NCBI GenBank assembly: GCA_951406725.2
Contig: OX597820.1
Coordinates: 110,670,001 to 110,734,000 of the forward strand
Direction of reading: 5' to 3'
DNA: 64,000 nucleotides
DNA from: Octopus vulgaris
Lineage: Eukaryota
Shown one piece after another: positions 32,673 through 46,384 of this stretch. The notes under the pieces were generated by a model. The model worked only from the letters and a program-made list of their open reading frames with translations, was not told the DNA's origin and made no database searches. Every line of letters begins with the position of its first letter. Positions within the stretch are counted from its first letter, which is position 1. A program made the translations under genes and the position numbers.

Positions 32673-35600
32673 CAGGGGCATGCACTCTCAGCTATGCAAG
32701 CTATGCGCTGCATGTCTTCTTTGTTTCAAAGAAAATACGTCCAGTTGTTTTAGAAATATTTTGTCTCCCCTTCCCCTCTCTCAGTGACTTGTACTTCTGC
32801 TTTGATAAATGCTTTGAGAAGATCGCATGACACACACTCCTTCTCTGTCTGTATTAGTTTGTCCTTCCTTCCTCTCTCTCTCTTTCTCTCTCTCTCTCTT
32901 AGTGACGATAAATTTATTGTAGCCTGTCATGCTTTGAGAAGACCGCATGACACCCCCTCTCTCTCTCTCTTTGTTAGTTTGTCCCTCCTTCCTCTCTCTC
33001 TTAGTGACTTGTTTAAAAGATATGCTAGGAGGAATGGTCATCTATAATAGTTTGTACCCCCTTCTCTCTCAGTGATTCGACAAATTCATTGTAGCATGTC
33101 ATGCTCTGAGAAGACCGCATGACATGCCTCTCTGTCTATTTGTTAGTGTAGAATTGTTGCTAACCTGGTTCCACTTTTGACCGGAACAAGAGCAAGCCCA
33201 TAATTCTTGAGTTAGCCAGCTGAAATGTTGGAATAGCTTGGCATGTAAGTTTGAATTTTTTTATCCAAAACATCCGTTTGCACTATTATATTTTTGGAGT
33301 GTTTTGAAAACAAAAATATAATCTATATTATATTTCTTATTTCAGAAATAGCTAATTAATCTTAAATTAATTTAACAAAGGGTATTTTTCCGTTTCGTTG
33401 AAATTGACTTACAATTTATGCCAGCGCTTCCACGTGGATTCTTATATAAGAGCAGCCTTTTTCAAAATTAGTGAAATGTGTGTTATAAACGATATTTTGA
33501 GAAGTAGTTTTTCGAAAAGAGACTTCGATGGAAAACAATTAATTATAAATGGTGGGAGACCAACACCGAATTTACCTAATTTGCGAAGCTACAACAAGAA
33601 ATTCACGAGACATTTTCAGGTTAATTCGTATGAAAAGAAGAAATGGTTAACTGGAAGTGTTGCTCTTAATAAATTATTCTGTTGGCCGTGTTTACTTTTT
33701 GGCTTAGAAAAAAATGTTTGGAATGATAAAGGCTATGATGATTTAAATAATTTACATATGGCTATACTAAAGCACGAGCGTTCTCAAAGGCATATAAAAT
33801 GTTTGATAGATCTTAAAATATTCGGGAATGTTCGCATAGACTTACAATTAGATGCACGTAAAAATCAAAGCATACAACATCATAATCAGAAAGTTCGACG
33901 AAACAGATCCATTCTGCAACAATTGATCGATGTTGTTACCTTTTTAGGCCTCCAGGAATTATCGTTTCGGGGTCAGTTTGAATCTGAAGGCTCTAATAAT
34001 CGTGGAAATTATAAAGAACTCGTTTATTTGATCAGTAAATATGACAAAATGGAAAGTCATCTAGATATAGCTTCTATCTTCACTGGTCTGTCAAACAGAA
34101 TTCAAAATGACTTGATCGAAGCAATTCATAAAGTTATGTTGAATGAGATGCAGAAGGAAATTGAGCAAGCTAAGTTTGTTTCTATTCTTGTTCATGAGAC
34201 ATCTGATGTCTCAGCATCTTCACAACTGTCAACAGTTTTACGTTATGTTACAGAAGACTGTGTGACGAAAGAACGATTTATCGGTTTTAGTGATGTTAGT
34301 GCAGATCGATCTGCAAATGCTTTATCTGAATATGTTTTTAAATGCATTGAGATGTGGGAATGTGGAAACAAATTGATTGCACTGACATATGATGGTGCCG
34401 CTACAATGGCAGGACAACTAAATGGGTTACAGGCAAAAGTAAGAAAGAGATATGAATGTGCGATCTTTATTCATTGTTGTGCCCATATCCTAAATTTAGT
34501 TCTTTCACAATCATGCTTTGCTATGAGAGAATGCAAGATATTTTTTTCTACAATAAACAGACTCGGTACATTTTTTACGAAATCACCGAAAAGGGCTAAT
34601 GCATTAGATAACATTGTTAAAAAAAGATTTCTGAAAGCAACAGCAACTAGATGGAATTACTCCTCACGTCTTATTACCACAAAGGAAAATTATAATTTCA
34701 TAATCAGCCTTTTTGAACACATCATTGAAAATTGAAGCATGGGATGATACCACCATAAATTCAGCAATTGGATTCTTACACACTTTAAAAGCTCCTGATT
34801 TCTTATTTTTGTTAGAAGTATTCAGTGACATTTTTTCTTTTACTGACGTTTTATTTAACATACTCCAGAGTAAAAGTCATGACATAGTGTATTGTAAAGA
34901 GCAAATAGATAAAACTAGACCTGTACTTGAAAACAAACTTGATAATTTTTCAATCTTTTATGATAGGTTGGGGGAAAATATGGGGTCGATGCAGGAATCG
35001 GAATTCAGAGATCCAAGAATATATCTATTGATCCCCAATCACATTATAGAATGCTTTATAACAAAATTATCAGTACAATAGTTGACCAAATAAAAGCACG
35101 ATATTCATCCTTAGAAGAGTTTAAATTCATGGAACTTTTGAATTTCAACAAAGTTGATGAGTATTGCAAACAATTTCCTGTGGACTCTTTAGATTCTTTA
35201 AGAACAACTTATGGCAGATTTTTTGATGTAATATGATTACAAAGTGAGCTCAATGTGATGTATTCAATGAAAGATTTAAAAAAACCAAGTGTAAGTCATT
35301 TAATGAGTTACATTAACAGCAGTGATCTTGTTGAAGCTATGCCAGAACTCTTCAATCTGTGCAAGTTGATTTTGACAATTCCGTCTACCACTGCTTCTGT
35401 AGAGTGATCCTTTTCTGCATTAAGTAGAATTAAAACATACCAAAGAAATGTGACAGGAGAAAGAAGACTGTCTGGGTTAGCACTAATGTCAATTGAAAAA
35501 GATTTATTACAAGAATTGATGAAAAGAGAAGATTTCCATGAAAATGTGATAGATATATTTGCCCAGAAAGATCGAAAAATTGAATTAATTTATAAATGAG

Positions 35601-36590
35601 GTAAATAACATTTTAAAACATTAAAAAAATTAATATATTAAAGAGCATATATTACAGGTTTTGCTTAGTGTTTGTTATAACGTAAGGTTCGACCTTCTCA
35701 CATCAGTATTGTTTCGCAGGAGAAATGTTTCGATTTCTTCGTCAAACCTAACCTACATAGATTTCCCTTTCTGTGCTGCTGGGTGTAGTCTATTTACGGC
35801 TGTAAATAAGTGTCTTGTTTCACTTTCAATAAGTGTTTTGTTTCAATCTCAGAGATGTTGACTTCTGCCACAACAGTTTTGGAAGGCTTTTTACAATGTT
35901 GAATTTTCGCTGTCTTTCATTGTGTGTGTATTCATGTATATGTGTGTATTTTCAATGTGTGTGCGTGAGACGTAGTCTTTTAATGTACGGAGTTCAGTAA
36001 GTCTCAGAACAGTCAATAATTTTCCCGGAATTGACAAGTAGCATGATAAAGCACCTGACTTGTTTTCGAGAGCGTAACGATCTAAAACCATGGACATTTA
36101 ATGTAACTAAATGTGTTTTTTTAATTAAATCATTTCATTCGGCTCAACCAATAGGTATAGGGGCTGATGCAGAATCGCACCTCTTTGAAAAACAAATTTT
36201 TGTGAAAATTTTTTTTTGGATTCCTACCTTTAACAGAGATTCTGAATATGCAAAAATATTGACAGAATCCAATTTCATCTTTATTACATTTCGCTTATGA
36301 TTTTTAGACTTTTCTAAGGGAGAATGAGGATGGGAAAGCACTGACGTTTCGAAGAGCAAAGAATAATACAAACAATACACTTATTTCAGGCTCATCTCTA
36401 CACAGCCATTTTTTATTCCCTGTTTATTCTAGGTCATACGGGGGTGATTGCATATTCAGAATCTCTTATATGTAAATCGTAGGAATACGAAATTGTTTTA
36501 CTGAAAAATTGCTGGTGGGGGTGGGGTGGGGTGGGTGGGGTGGCAATGTAATTCATTGCATGCCCAACGCCGGAAGTCACTGCAAGCCAC
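32673..36590 (+). mobile_element. hAT DNA transposon (ZMYM1/Tip100-like), degenerate
   Basis: Imperfect TIRs CAGGGGCATGCACT and TCACTGCAAGCCAC, subterminal repeats at ~32770-33150, and a transposase. The right boundary is tentative. Confidence 0.75.
33398..35599 (+). pseudogene. hAT transposase, frameshifted
   Basis: WLTGS..LFCWPCLLF, LSFRG..E...NRGNY, IQNDLI, ETSDVS, YDGAATM, IHCCAHILNL, TRW, and C-terminal LILTIPSTTASVE*SFSALSRIKT (hATC). Confidence 0.9.
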
Positions 36591-36689
36591 ATATATATAT
36601 ATATATATATATATATAGATGTATATATATATATAGATGTATATATATATATAGATGCATATATATAGATGTATATATATATATAGATG

Positions 36690-36727
<38 letters not shown>

Positions 36728-36755
36728 GATGTATATATATATATATATATGTATA

Positions 36756-36868
<113 letters not shown>

Positions 36869-36896
36869 GTATATATATATATATATATTATATATG

Positions 36897-36973
<77 letters not shown>

Positions 36974-37085
36974 GTATATATATATATATATAGTATATAT
37001 ATGTATATATATATATATATAGATGTATATATATATATGTATATATATATATATGTATATGTATACATGTATTTCTATACATATA

Positions 37086-37127
<42 letters not shown>

Positions 37128-37149
37128 TATATATGTTTGTATATATGTA

Positions 37150-37605
37150 AGTCTATGTGTGTGTCTTTGTGTTTCTCCATCATCACTACTTTTCAACTGC
37201 TGTTTATTTAGAGCCCCATAACTTACTGGTTTCACAAGAAGAAACTGATAGAATAAGAACCAGGCTTATCAAAATAAAAAAAAAAAACACTAGGTAGTAT
37301 CTCATATTTTTGTTTGCCCACACAATTTATCTTTGTGTGTGTGTATATATATATATATATGGATTTCGTAGACAGAAACTTAAAGAAATCTATTGTATAT
37401 AAATGTATGTATATATTTAAGTGTCTGTATATGACTTTGTTTCTGTGTTTCACCCTCATCACTGCTTCACAACTGCTGTTCGTTTATTTACATCCCCATA
37501 GCTTACTGGCTTCACAAGAAGAAACTAATAGAATAAGTACCAGGCTTATCAACATAAAAAAAGCACTACGCTGTGTCTCATATTTTTGTTTGCCCACTCA
37601 GTTGT
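37150..37605 (+). repeat. Two degenerate copies of a ~170 bp SINE-like segment
   Basis: CCCCATA.CTTACTGG.TTCACAAGAAGAAACT.ATAGAATAAG.ACCAGGCTTATCAA at ~37213 and ~37494. Confidence 0.6.
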
Positions 37606-37695
37606 ATCTATCAATTTATCTTTGTGTATGTGTGTGTATATATATATATATAATACACACACATACATATACATGTATGTATATGTGCACATTCA

Positions 37696-39379
37696 TCTCT
37701 ATTATATCAAAGTCAATGTCTTTATGTGTGTTTGTGTGATACTTATACATTCGAAAACTGCTGCACCGATCATAATGAAATTTGAACACAAAATCCAAGC
37801 CTAGGGAGAAGGGTAATGCTGTGTGTTTCATACAATTTCATGGACCAAAATTACTGAATGGATCCTTATGATATTTGAAACTTAGATTCAATGCATAAGG
37901 GCGGGTATAATGCAATATGTTTGGTTTGAATTTCAGATGGCTTAAAGGGGGTAGAACCCCCATAAAAATTCATAAATTTTCGATGGTGATGAAATTTCAA
38001 CCATGGGTTATTGACACACATCAAGAAGTATTCTCAAAGTTTCCACTCCACATGATGATTCTAAGACACCCTAATGGGGGCCTTAACTCCCAAATTTTAG
38101 CTATTTCTTTTATGATCCAAAACTAAGTCAAAAGTACTGAATGGATCTTTACAAAATTTGGAAATTATATTCTATGCATAAGGGCCATAACCCCCTTGTC
38201 AATTCATGTATATTTGCTGTTGATGAAATTTTAACCATAGATATTAGACACAAATGAAGTAATATTTATAAAATTTCATCTTCTTACAAGTTAGAAAGAC
38301 CCCTCCATGGGAACTTAACACCCACAATTTTGTCATTTTATCTAAGTAAAAACGTATACAGTTGTGCTCTTGAAAGCTGTAAAGTTACCCGAGCATAAAA
38401 GGTGAGCATTATTTGTAATTAAATGGTACAACAGTGTAACAGTTTGCTTTGACACACACTTACATTGTGATTTCTGCACTGTGGTGCATAAATTGTCAAG
38501 TAAATGAGAGGCATCTTTGCCTCCACTGATTCAGTTGCAAAGTGTTGAGTAAAGTTATTTGATTGCAGACCTTTCAGTCTTTTTATTATCACTGGGTCAC
38601 ACATAGTCCCCAGATGGTAACATTGATTTCAAGGCCTTCCCAGATGAGTGACTGGTTATTCAAAGACATTTATAGATTGTAAATTTATTCTGTCCTGTTA
38701 CGTATCAGTATAGTGGTCATTTGCAAACTCCAGGTGTGACACTTTAATTTCTCCTTAGCCCTCACATCACACAATTGTTAATGTTTATTTCAGTTGGGTC
38801 ACACCCTTCCAATTGCTATAGATTCGTAATGCATCTTACGGCTGTGCCTGTCACCTGCATGGTGAGGAATACTACATTGGGAGTGGTAACGACAAGGGTA
38901 CTGTAGCTGACTGCTTATTGTGATCATTCGTCTTTTGGTTTCCTGTAGCTTTGCTCTCTTTTACAAACCTAGTGAACATATATTTCCTATTTCAAAGAAA
39001 TTCAAACAATAGATATAAGACCCAAGTTAAAAAGATTCTCAACAATTCAACTTCTCTGGTCGACATTAAGATGCCCACCCCCAACAGGAGCCTTAACTCT
39101 CACATTTTAGAGCTCCATGACCTCCATTTTTCAGGAGCAAAATCCTTTTAACAGGTTCTATAAGACTGGAATTTTGGAATATGTGCATAAAAATCAGTAG
39201 TATTGGATACATGTGGTACGATTACAATTTTTTTAGGGTGTGTAAAGAGGGAAATAACTCGCATCTGAAATTTTGATGAAATTCGAAACATAGGTATTCC
39301 AGTTCATTACAGAAAATATAACAAGAAAGTCTAATTCTTCAAGTGTATGTAACACAGGCAACGCTGGGTAACTCTGCTA

Positions 39380-39380
<1 letters not shown>
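37696..39380 (+). mobile_element. Non-autonomous Helitron-like element
   Basis: 5' A|TCTCTATTATAT, recurring GATGAAATTT motifs, and a 3' end CACAGGCAACGCTGGGTAACTCTGCTAG|T. Confidence 0.6.
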
Positions 39381-39430
<50 letters not shown>

Positions 39431-39527
39431 ATAAAAATGGTAACAAAAGAATGAAAGAGACCTCGATATTATGTAAATAGAGGAATTTATTTGTAAATGT
39501 AATATGTGACAATTATTCGGCAGCCAT

Positions 39528-39588
39528 GATAAAACTCCGAGTTTCGGATGCCAAGGTGGAAATCCACGCCGCCATCTCTTCAGTTATC
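39528..39588 (-). ncRNA. Type I hammerhead ribozyme motif
   Basis: GAUAA-CUGAAGA-GAUG..GUGGAUUUCCAC..CAUC-C-GAAA-CUCGGAG-UU-UUAUC. Confidence 0.7.
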
Positions 39589-40134
39589 CGGCCATCGGAA
39601 AAATGCTATGAAAAATGACCGTTATACAAAGGGAAATTACTGTGTGATTGACCGTTATTAAGACAAAAGAGCTATTTGAATGACTACTAAGTGAGGGGAT
39701 GGAGTAAAAGTTCATAGTATTCGCGTAAGCGTGCATGTTCATACCTACACATGCGTGCCCGCACACCCAAGTGCGTGCGCCTAAAAGTATACATTCACCC
39801 ACCTTCACTTGAAACCGTACACATCTTCACCCGCACCATTCGCCAAATGTATATGTATATACATACAAACTCACACACGCACCATAAAGGTTCATACGTG
39901 CATATATGCACAAGCACAAGAAAAAACAGGGCTATGGGTAACAAACAGAAAAAAGGTATAAGAGAGTATACAAAGCGTAAACCACGTCTATATACGCACT
40001 TACCCGTATGCATGCACACATACACACACACACGCGCGCCTATATATGCCCATACCCGATAATGTCTATACACACACACACATGCATGCACAAAAGAGGT
40101 CATACACACGTCTGTATGCACACATACACAAGAA

Positions 40135-41035
40135 AAAACAGGGCACTGACATTCTGTGCCTAGATAACTTATCGCGAACAGGCAAAGCGCTCCTGTAGCA
40201 TTGCCAGGTCAGGAATTTTTGGTAATTATCCAAATACCCTGGCCTGAAAGTCTTTTTGAACAGGCTGGTAAGTTGGTTCTCATCGAACCTCAGAGCCCCT
40301 ACTAGGACATCATCACTTTTAGCCTCTACAATTCCTCTATAGAACACCAAGGTGGTATTCCCGCTGCTGGCCTTGCCCGTCTTGTGGATAATCATGAGTG
40401 CCTGTCGGCACTCCTTTTGCCATACAGTCAGATTATGTCTTTTTATGAAACCGGGTTTAAATGCATCCATAGAGGCCGGTTGTGGACAGAATCCCTCTGC
40501 TAGTGGATTCCACATCTTATCACCTTCCAGGTGGCACCTGAGATGTCTCACGCTTAACGCATGTCTGCGCATCATTAGCCAAGGCATTCCTAACCCACCT
40601 TTTAACAGTTCCTGGCAGCAAACGGAGTGCCTCACAAGTGGCTTTCTTTCCTTCCACAAAAAGTGGAAAAGGAGTCGTTCCAATTTGTTTAGCCACGAAT
40701 CGGGGCAAGGGTGGTAGGTCAGGTGGTAGGTGATTACAGATGCAATAAACACCTGTACCACATTTGCCCTTCCTTTCAAAGACAGAGCCCTTCCGGACCA
40801 AGTCCGTACTAGAGCTTCTACCGTGTCTGCCACCTCACTCCAATTCTTCTCCATCCAGGAGTCTGGTCCAAACCAAACTCCAAGCAACTTAACAGGACCA
40901 TCTGTTCAGTGACCCACAACACTGGACTATATTGACTTGCTCCTCCAGGTGCTGAGGCACAAGCTGATCGACTTGTCCTTGTTAACTTTTGCCCCTGCCA
41001 CTGCCTCGTATCCTCTGATAGCGTCTTCTACACAG
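40135..41035 (-). mobile_element. Tx1/L1-clade LINE ORF2 fragment downstream of the RT core
   Basis: YEAVAGAKVNKDKS, LGVWFG, WSGRALSLKGRA, FHFLW, GGLGMP, ALPVRDKL. Confidence 0.85.
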
Positions 41036-44000
41036 GTTCTTTCTACTGCAAGGGTGTGACACTTTTTCACACAGCTGTCCTCATCCATATGCAACATACC
41101 AGCGCAGTTGTCTCTCTTGCACACCACATCTGATGCTTCTTAAGTCCAACTTTTCACTGAGGCTGCTTACACTGTTGTGTATGCACACTGACATTACACA
41201 TTCAGTGGAGCATGCAAGCTTATGCATGTCCTCAGCAGTCATAGCCCATGTTTCACTGCCATAGAGCATGGCTGTTTGCACGCATACATCATACAGTCTA
41301 CCTTTTACTCTGAGCTAGAGGCCCTTTGTCAACAGCAGAGGTAGTACCTCTCTGAATTTTGCTCAGGTTATTCTTATTCTAGCAGCTACACTCTCACAGC
41401 ACCCACCCTCTCTACTGACTTGGTCACCTAGGTAATGGAAGCTACCAACTACTTGTAGTTTTCCCCTTGCCATGTAACAGAAGGTGTTTTCTGCACATTT
41501 TCAGTGTTTATTGCTCTGACCCAACAAACCAAGTGAGACCATAACCTGTGACCTATGACAGTGGTGTAACCAGCCCACTTATGTGTACCTTTCTTTCATT
41601 GGACACTAAACACTGCTTGCAAAGACCTGTTGAGGCAAGTGAAATCAAAATCAAATTCACTGACTTGGCTGATGACTGCACCACCTGACTGGCATCCGTG
41701 CTAGTGGAACATTAAGAGCACCATCCAAGCGTGATTGTTGCCAGGGATGCTGACTGCAGGTGGCACATAAAAAGTACCATTCAAGTGTGATCGTTACCAG
41801 TGTTGCCTTACTGGCACTTGTGCCGGTGGCATGTGAAAAACAACATTCGAGTGAGGTCGTTGCCAGTGCCGCTGGACTGGCTCCTGTGCAGGTGGCATGT
41901 AAAAGACACCATTTGAGCATGGCCATTGCCAGTACCGCCTGACTGGCCCTCGTGCTGGTGGCATGTAAGAGCACCCACTACACTCTAGGAGTGGTTGGTG
42001 TTAGGAAGGGTATCCAGCTGTAGAAACTCTGCCAGATTAGATTGCAGCCTGGTGCAGCCATCTGATTCGCTAGTCCTCAGTCAAACCGTCCAACTCATGC
42101 CAGCATGGAAAGCTGACTTTAAATGATGATGAATGTCTATCTTTCCAGTTAGCCTTCCTTTGATATTGCTGCACCTCTTATGTGTCCATAGCTTACACCA
42201 GGTACATCTTATGGAGTTTCTACCTACTCCTTTTCTACAGATTGAATAGGGTCATCTACCTGAAGGGATTTGTGGTTTGTCTGCCTTCTTAAGACTTTGG
42301 TTTTTGCTGGATTGACTCTAAGGCCCTTCGATTCTAGATCTTGCTTCCACACCTGAAACTTCTCTAGTTCTGATAGTGACTCTGCTATTAGAGCAAGGTC
42401 ATCAGCAGAGAAAAGCTCCCAGGGGCATCCTGTCTTGAATTCCTCTGTCATTGCTTTGAGGACTGTAGTGAATATGATGGAACTGAGGATTGAACCTTGG
42501 TGGACCCCTACCCCTACCCAGAATCCTTCACTGTTCTCGTAGCCAACCCTCACCTTACTGACAGCATCTCTGTACATGACTTCTACAGCCCTCACTAACC
42601 ATTCATCTATCCCTAGTTTCCGCATTGACAACCATATAAGGGATCGGAGGACCCTGTCAAAGGCTTTCTCCATGTCAACGAAAGCCAGGTACAGAGGTTT
42701 GTCTTTGCCTAGGTATTTCTCCTGTGGCTTTCTTACCAGAAATATAGCATCAGTGGTGCTTTTCCCTGGGACAATCCCAGACTGTCTCGTCTAGACTGAC
42801 TCTCTCCCTAATTAGTTGGGCTATGACCCTCTCCTTGACCTTCATTACCTGATCCAACAACTTGATACCGCTGTAATTATTTGTATCTAATGCATCACCT
42901 TTACCTTTGTAGCAATTGACTATGGTGCTGCTACACCATATCAGGTGATACCCTTTCATGTATCACCTGATTGACTATATGGGTAACTAGACTATAGCCA
43001 ACACTGCCAGGTATTTTAAGCATCTCTGCGGTGATTCCTGATGGGTCGGGGGCTTTCCCTGTCTTCATACTCTTAATTGTTTTATCTACCTAGGTACTGT
43101 CAATTCGGATAGCTGGTCCCTCTATTGGGTTGACATTTGACAGACTCTCTTTCTCCCATTCATTCTCTTCATTTAGCAACCTTTCATAGTGACATCTCCA
43201 ATTCACTATGTGACTTTCATAGTGACGTCTCCTTGCAGCCTCATTAAATGCAAGTGAGCCATCATCCATGCAGACACATTTCTCTCCTATGACCTCGCAT
43301 TTCTCTCTCACACACTGTTTTACAACATGAAACACTTCAAGTCTTCAGTCCTCATGACAGAACATTGGCAATTTTTTTCTTATTTGCTTCCCCTCTGGCT
43401 AAATAAACCTGTCTGCTCACTTCCCTTCTGGCAATCTGATACAATTCCTTGCTAACACCGTTCTTCCAGCCCTTCCATTCCAGTTGCTTTTCCCTAATAG
43501 TCCTGTCAACTACATTATTTCACCACCACATTACCTTGGGTTGTGAGGGAACTTTGCACTATCTACAGATCTGGGCAGTAGCCCTCAACAGGTTGTCCTG
43601 TAGAAACCTCCAGTTGTCTTACACATCATGTGATGCTATATCCCCCTCTATTTCATCAAAAGCTTTGAGTAATACATCTCTAAATCTCTCTCCATTCACA
43701 GGATCCTGAAGCTTCCAGACCCTTCTTCTCCATGCTGGTCGTCTTCTGGGCATCCATTTAGCCCTGATCATAAAGTTGCTAACTACTAATCTATGTTGTG
43801 GGGTGCATTCTTCACCTGGGAAGATTTTGGCATTTATAAGCAGCCATCTTTCCCGTTTCCTGGCAAGGAAGCCCCCTGCATGTTTTCCAACATGCCCATT
43901 GAATTCGCCAGCCACAAAGAGAAGATCCCTGTCATTCATTGACGAGGTAGTCTGCAAGAGTGTGTCATAAAATTGGTCTTTCTGTTCATCAGGTTGACCT

Positions 44001-44400
44001 GGCTGAGGGGCATAGGCCGAGATAATGGTTGGTAACTCCTGTTGCAGCAGTAATCTAATCTTAAGTATTCTATCACAGACTCTGACTACCTCGATTACCT
44101 TATCAACCCATTTCTCCGCAAATGTATACCCACACCACCGACCCCGTCACTGTTCCCTGCCCAGAAAATCTTATACCTATGTTCTTTGCCTGTGAGGAAC
44201 CTGGCAGAACTTCCTCTCCACCTTACTTCTTGGATGCAGCACAAATCTATCTTCATGTCTCCGTTCAGGCATCTCAGCAATCTCACCAAACCTACTTTTC
44301 AGTGTGCCAACATTAAATGTGTCAACCCTGAGGGTGTGGGAGGTGTGGGCCCGTTAGACCCTGGGATGTGGGACAGCAGCGTCATGTACCTGAAAAGAAA
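41036..44400 (-). mobile_element. Degenerate RTE-clade LINE (APE + RT), interrupted at 41517-42133
   Basis: CCIQEVRWRG, GEFNGHVG, PQHRLVV, YKGKGDA..NYSGIKLL, EKAFDRV, GVHQGSILS, SADDLAL, MLYGSETW. Confidence 0.9.
41517..42133 (+). mobile_element. RTE-like 3' UTR with five ~60 bp tandem units and a (GAT) tail, inserted in opposite orientation
   Basis: Ends in a diverged version of the composite-element tail. The host sequence on both sides is contiguous in the RTE fragment at ~54550-54660. Confidence 0.75.
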
Positions 44401-45631
44401 GCTCACATTTGGCAGAACTCATAAACATACAATAGCCTTCAACCTGCATACACTACATTGTCATTTTTATGTGGTACATAATCACAACATTACATAGGAG
44501 ATAAAACCTAAGTAGCAATGGTGGAACAGTAAGCCTTTGGAGGTGTTCATGGGAGAGACATCCGATAGAGGTCAGAGAATAGAGACTTCTGGTACAGGTG
44601 GTGGGGTGGGAAGGGTGGTAGCACCGCGAAACAGCAAAAACTCAGGCTGCTGGTGTGAGAGAATATTGATGATAATAATGAGATGGAATTGGGCATTTGA
44701 AATTCTTAATTAGAGCTATAACCAATAGTTTTCGGTCAGTCAAACTGTGACAAAATTAGACGAATGAATAAATGACAATAATAATAATAATTAATGAGCA
44801 TGAGAGAGGGGGAGTCGGATCGAGTGAAGGGATCTTAATTTTTTTTTTGTCTCTAAACATACAGCATGGAATGTGAAACTGTGTTTACATTGATAGATAA
44901 TGAAATAGGTAGAATAATGAAATGAACTAATAAGGTAATTAGAGGTTGAAAAACAAGGTTGCTTATCTGAACATCTGATTTTCTACTCCTTTTGGCAAGG
45001 TGTTAAAATATGAGGTAGGGGAATCTGAATGAGCTAGTTTATATAGGGTGGGGTGGGGGAGCAGAGGTAAAGTGATGGGAGAAGCAAGTGGTTATCATAA
45101 ACAGAAAGAGAGAGAGAGAGCAGAGTTAGGCTGGTCAAAGATAGAACACAAGGAGACGGAATTTTGGGATTTTGGGTAATATAATTTTAATGAATGGGTT
45201 TAACATTGCTGCGAGACAGCAAAAACTCAGGCTGCCAGTGTGAAAGAATGTTGATGGTAATAATGAGATAGAATTAAGCATTTGAATTCTTAACGAGGAG
45301 ACGGAATTTGAGGATTTAGATAGAGTTAAATAATTTAACAGAAGGATTTAACATTGCCACTAGACAGCAAAAACTCAGGCTGTTTCCACAGTTATATTTT
45401 CATTTCTCTATTATTGATTTTACTCGTGTCTCTATCTTAGTAGAAACTAATGGATAAAGAAATCAAACTACATAAACAAATAGCAGCAAAACTGTTCAGA
45501 AATTGAATAATACTGACATATTCAGTAACAAAAATAAATTTAATTTATCCTTGACAATTTTTAGTTTTACCAATTCTGAATATATCGCTCCTGTTTAAAA
45601 CCTCTTACCTACTAGACAATTGCATTTCTAG

Positions 45632-45830
45632 CTCTGCCTTGAAGGAAGCTTTACTCCTTGGACTCTGGTTTTTGTGCGCAACGATGTTGTTAAACCTCTG
45701 TTAACAGCACTGTATGCAGATGCTTTCTGTTTTCTTTCACACATGGACAAATTTTTTACCATAGACCTTAATGGTTGTAAAGACACTATATCAATGGATA
45801 GTCTAAAAAATACCTTCATAGAGAAAACTG
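45632..45830 (+). pseudogene. Degenerate Gypsy integrase C-terminal (GPY/F region) fragment
   Basis: VFVRNDVVKPLLTALYADAF...DKFFTIDLNGCKDTISMDSLKNTF resembles the VFVRxD..PL.PPYxGPF...DTVSIDRLKPAF pattern. Confidence 0.6.
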
Positions 45831-46384
45831 TCCCTGTTCCCACTGCAGACGACTCACAGCATTACAAACATGGCCTGCACACACACCTTCACATTCCCTG
45901 ACTACCATTGGGTTTGATCAGGTACTGGACAAGGATTCTGGTTTATTTTTCTGATTTTTTTTTTTACTTAACAGTTAGCAGTTAGGTTCATTTTTAGTAT
46001 TCTCATTTGTGAGAGCAGTTGAGTTTATTTCAGATATTCTCATTTTAAAAATCATCTCTGGCTAATTGTTGAGAGTTGCCTGAATGTTCTTGTTTATAGT
46101 ATGTTTTGATGGTTATATTTTCTGCTTTCAGCTATTGCATTCTTTCAGCTATTGCAGATATGCTGCATTCTTTGTGCTCTGATTGAATTTGTTAATATTT
46201 ATTGTGTAAATTCAATTCTTTTTAACTATTTTATTGTAAATGATATGGCGAAGACCATTGAACTTAATGAATAAGCATGCATGTTCATGACTATCAATCA
46301 TAAATTAAGGAAAATAAATGTGAAAAAATATGGTACCTGTATTATGTGGTTAACAATGTAATAAATTACTATTTTATATTTCTG

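Noticed and set aside
36328-36400. Minus-strand CGAAACGUC hammerhead half
   Set aside because: No matching CUGANGA and stem I found upstream.
46245-46259. ATGGCGAAGACCATT (MAKTI) as NPLOC4 exon 1
   Set aside because: Length and phase would fit, but it is followed by GA rather than a GT/GC donor.
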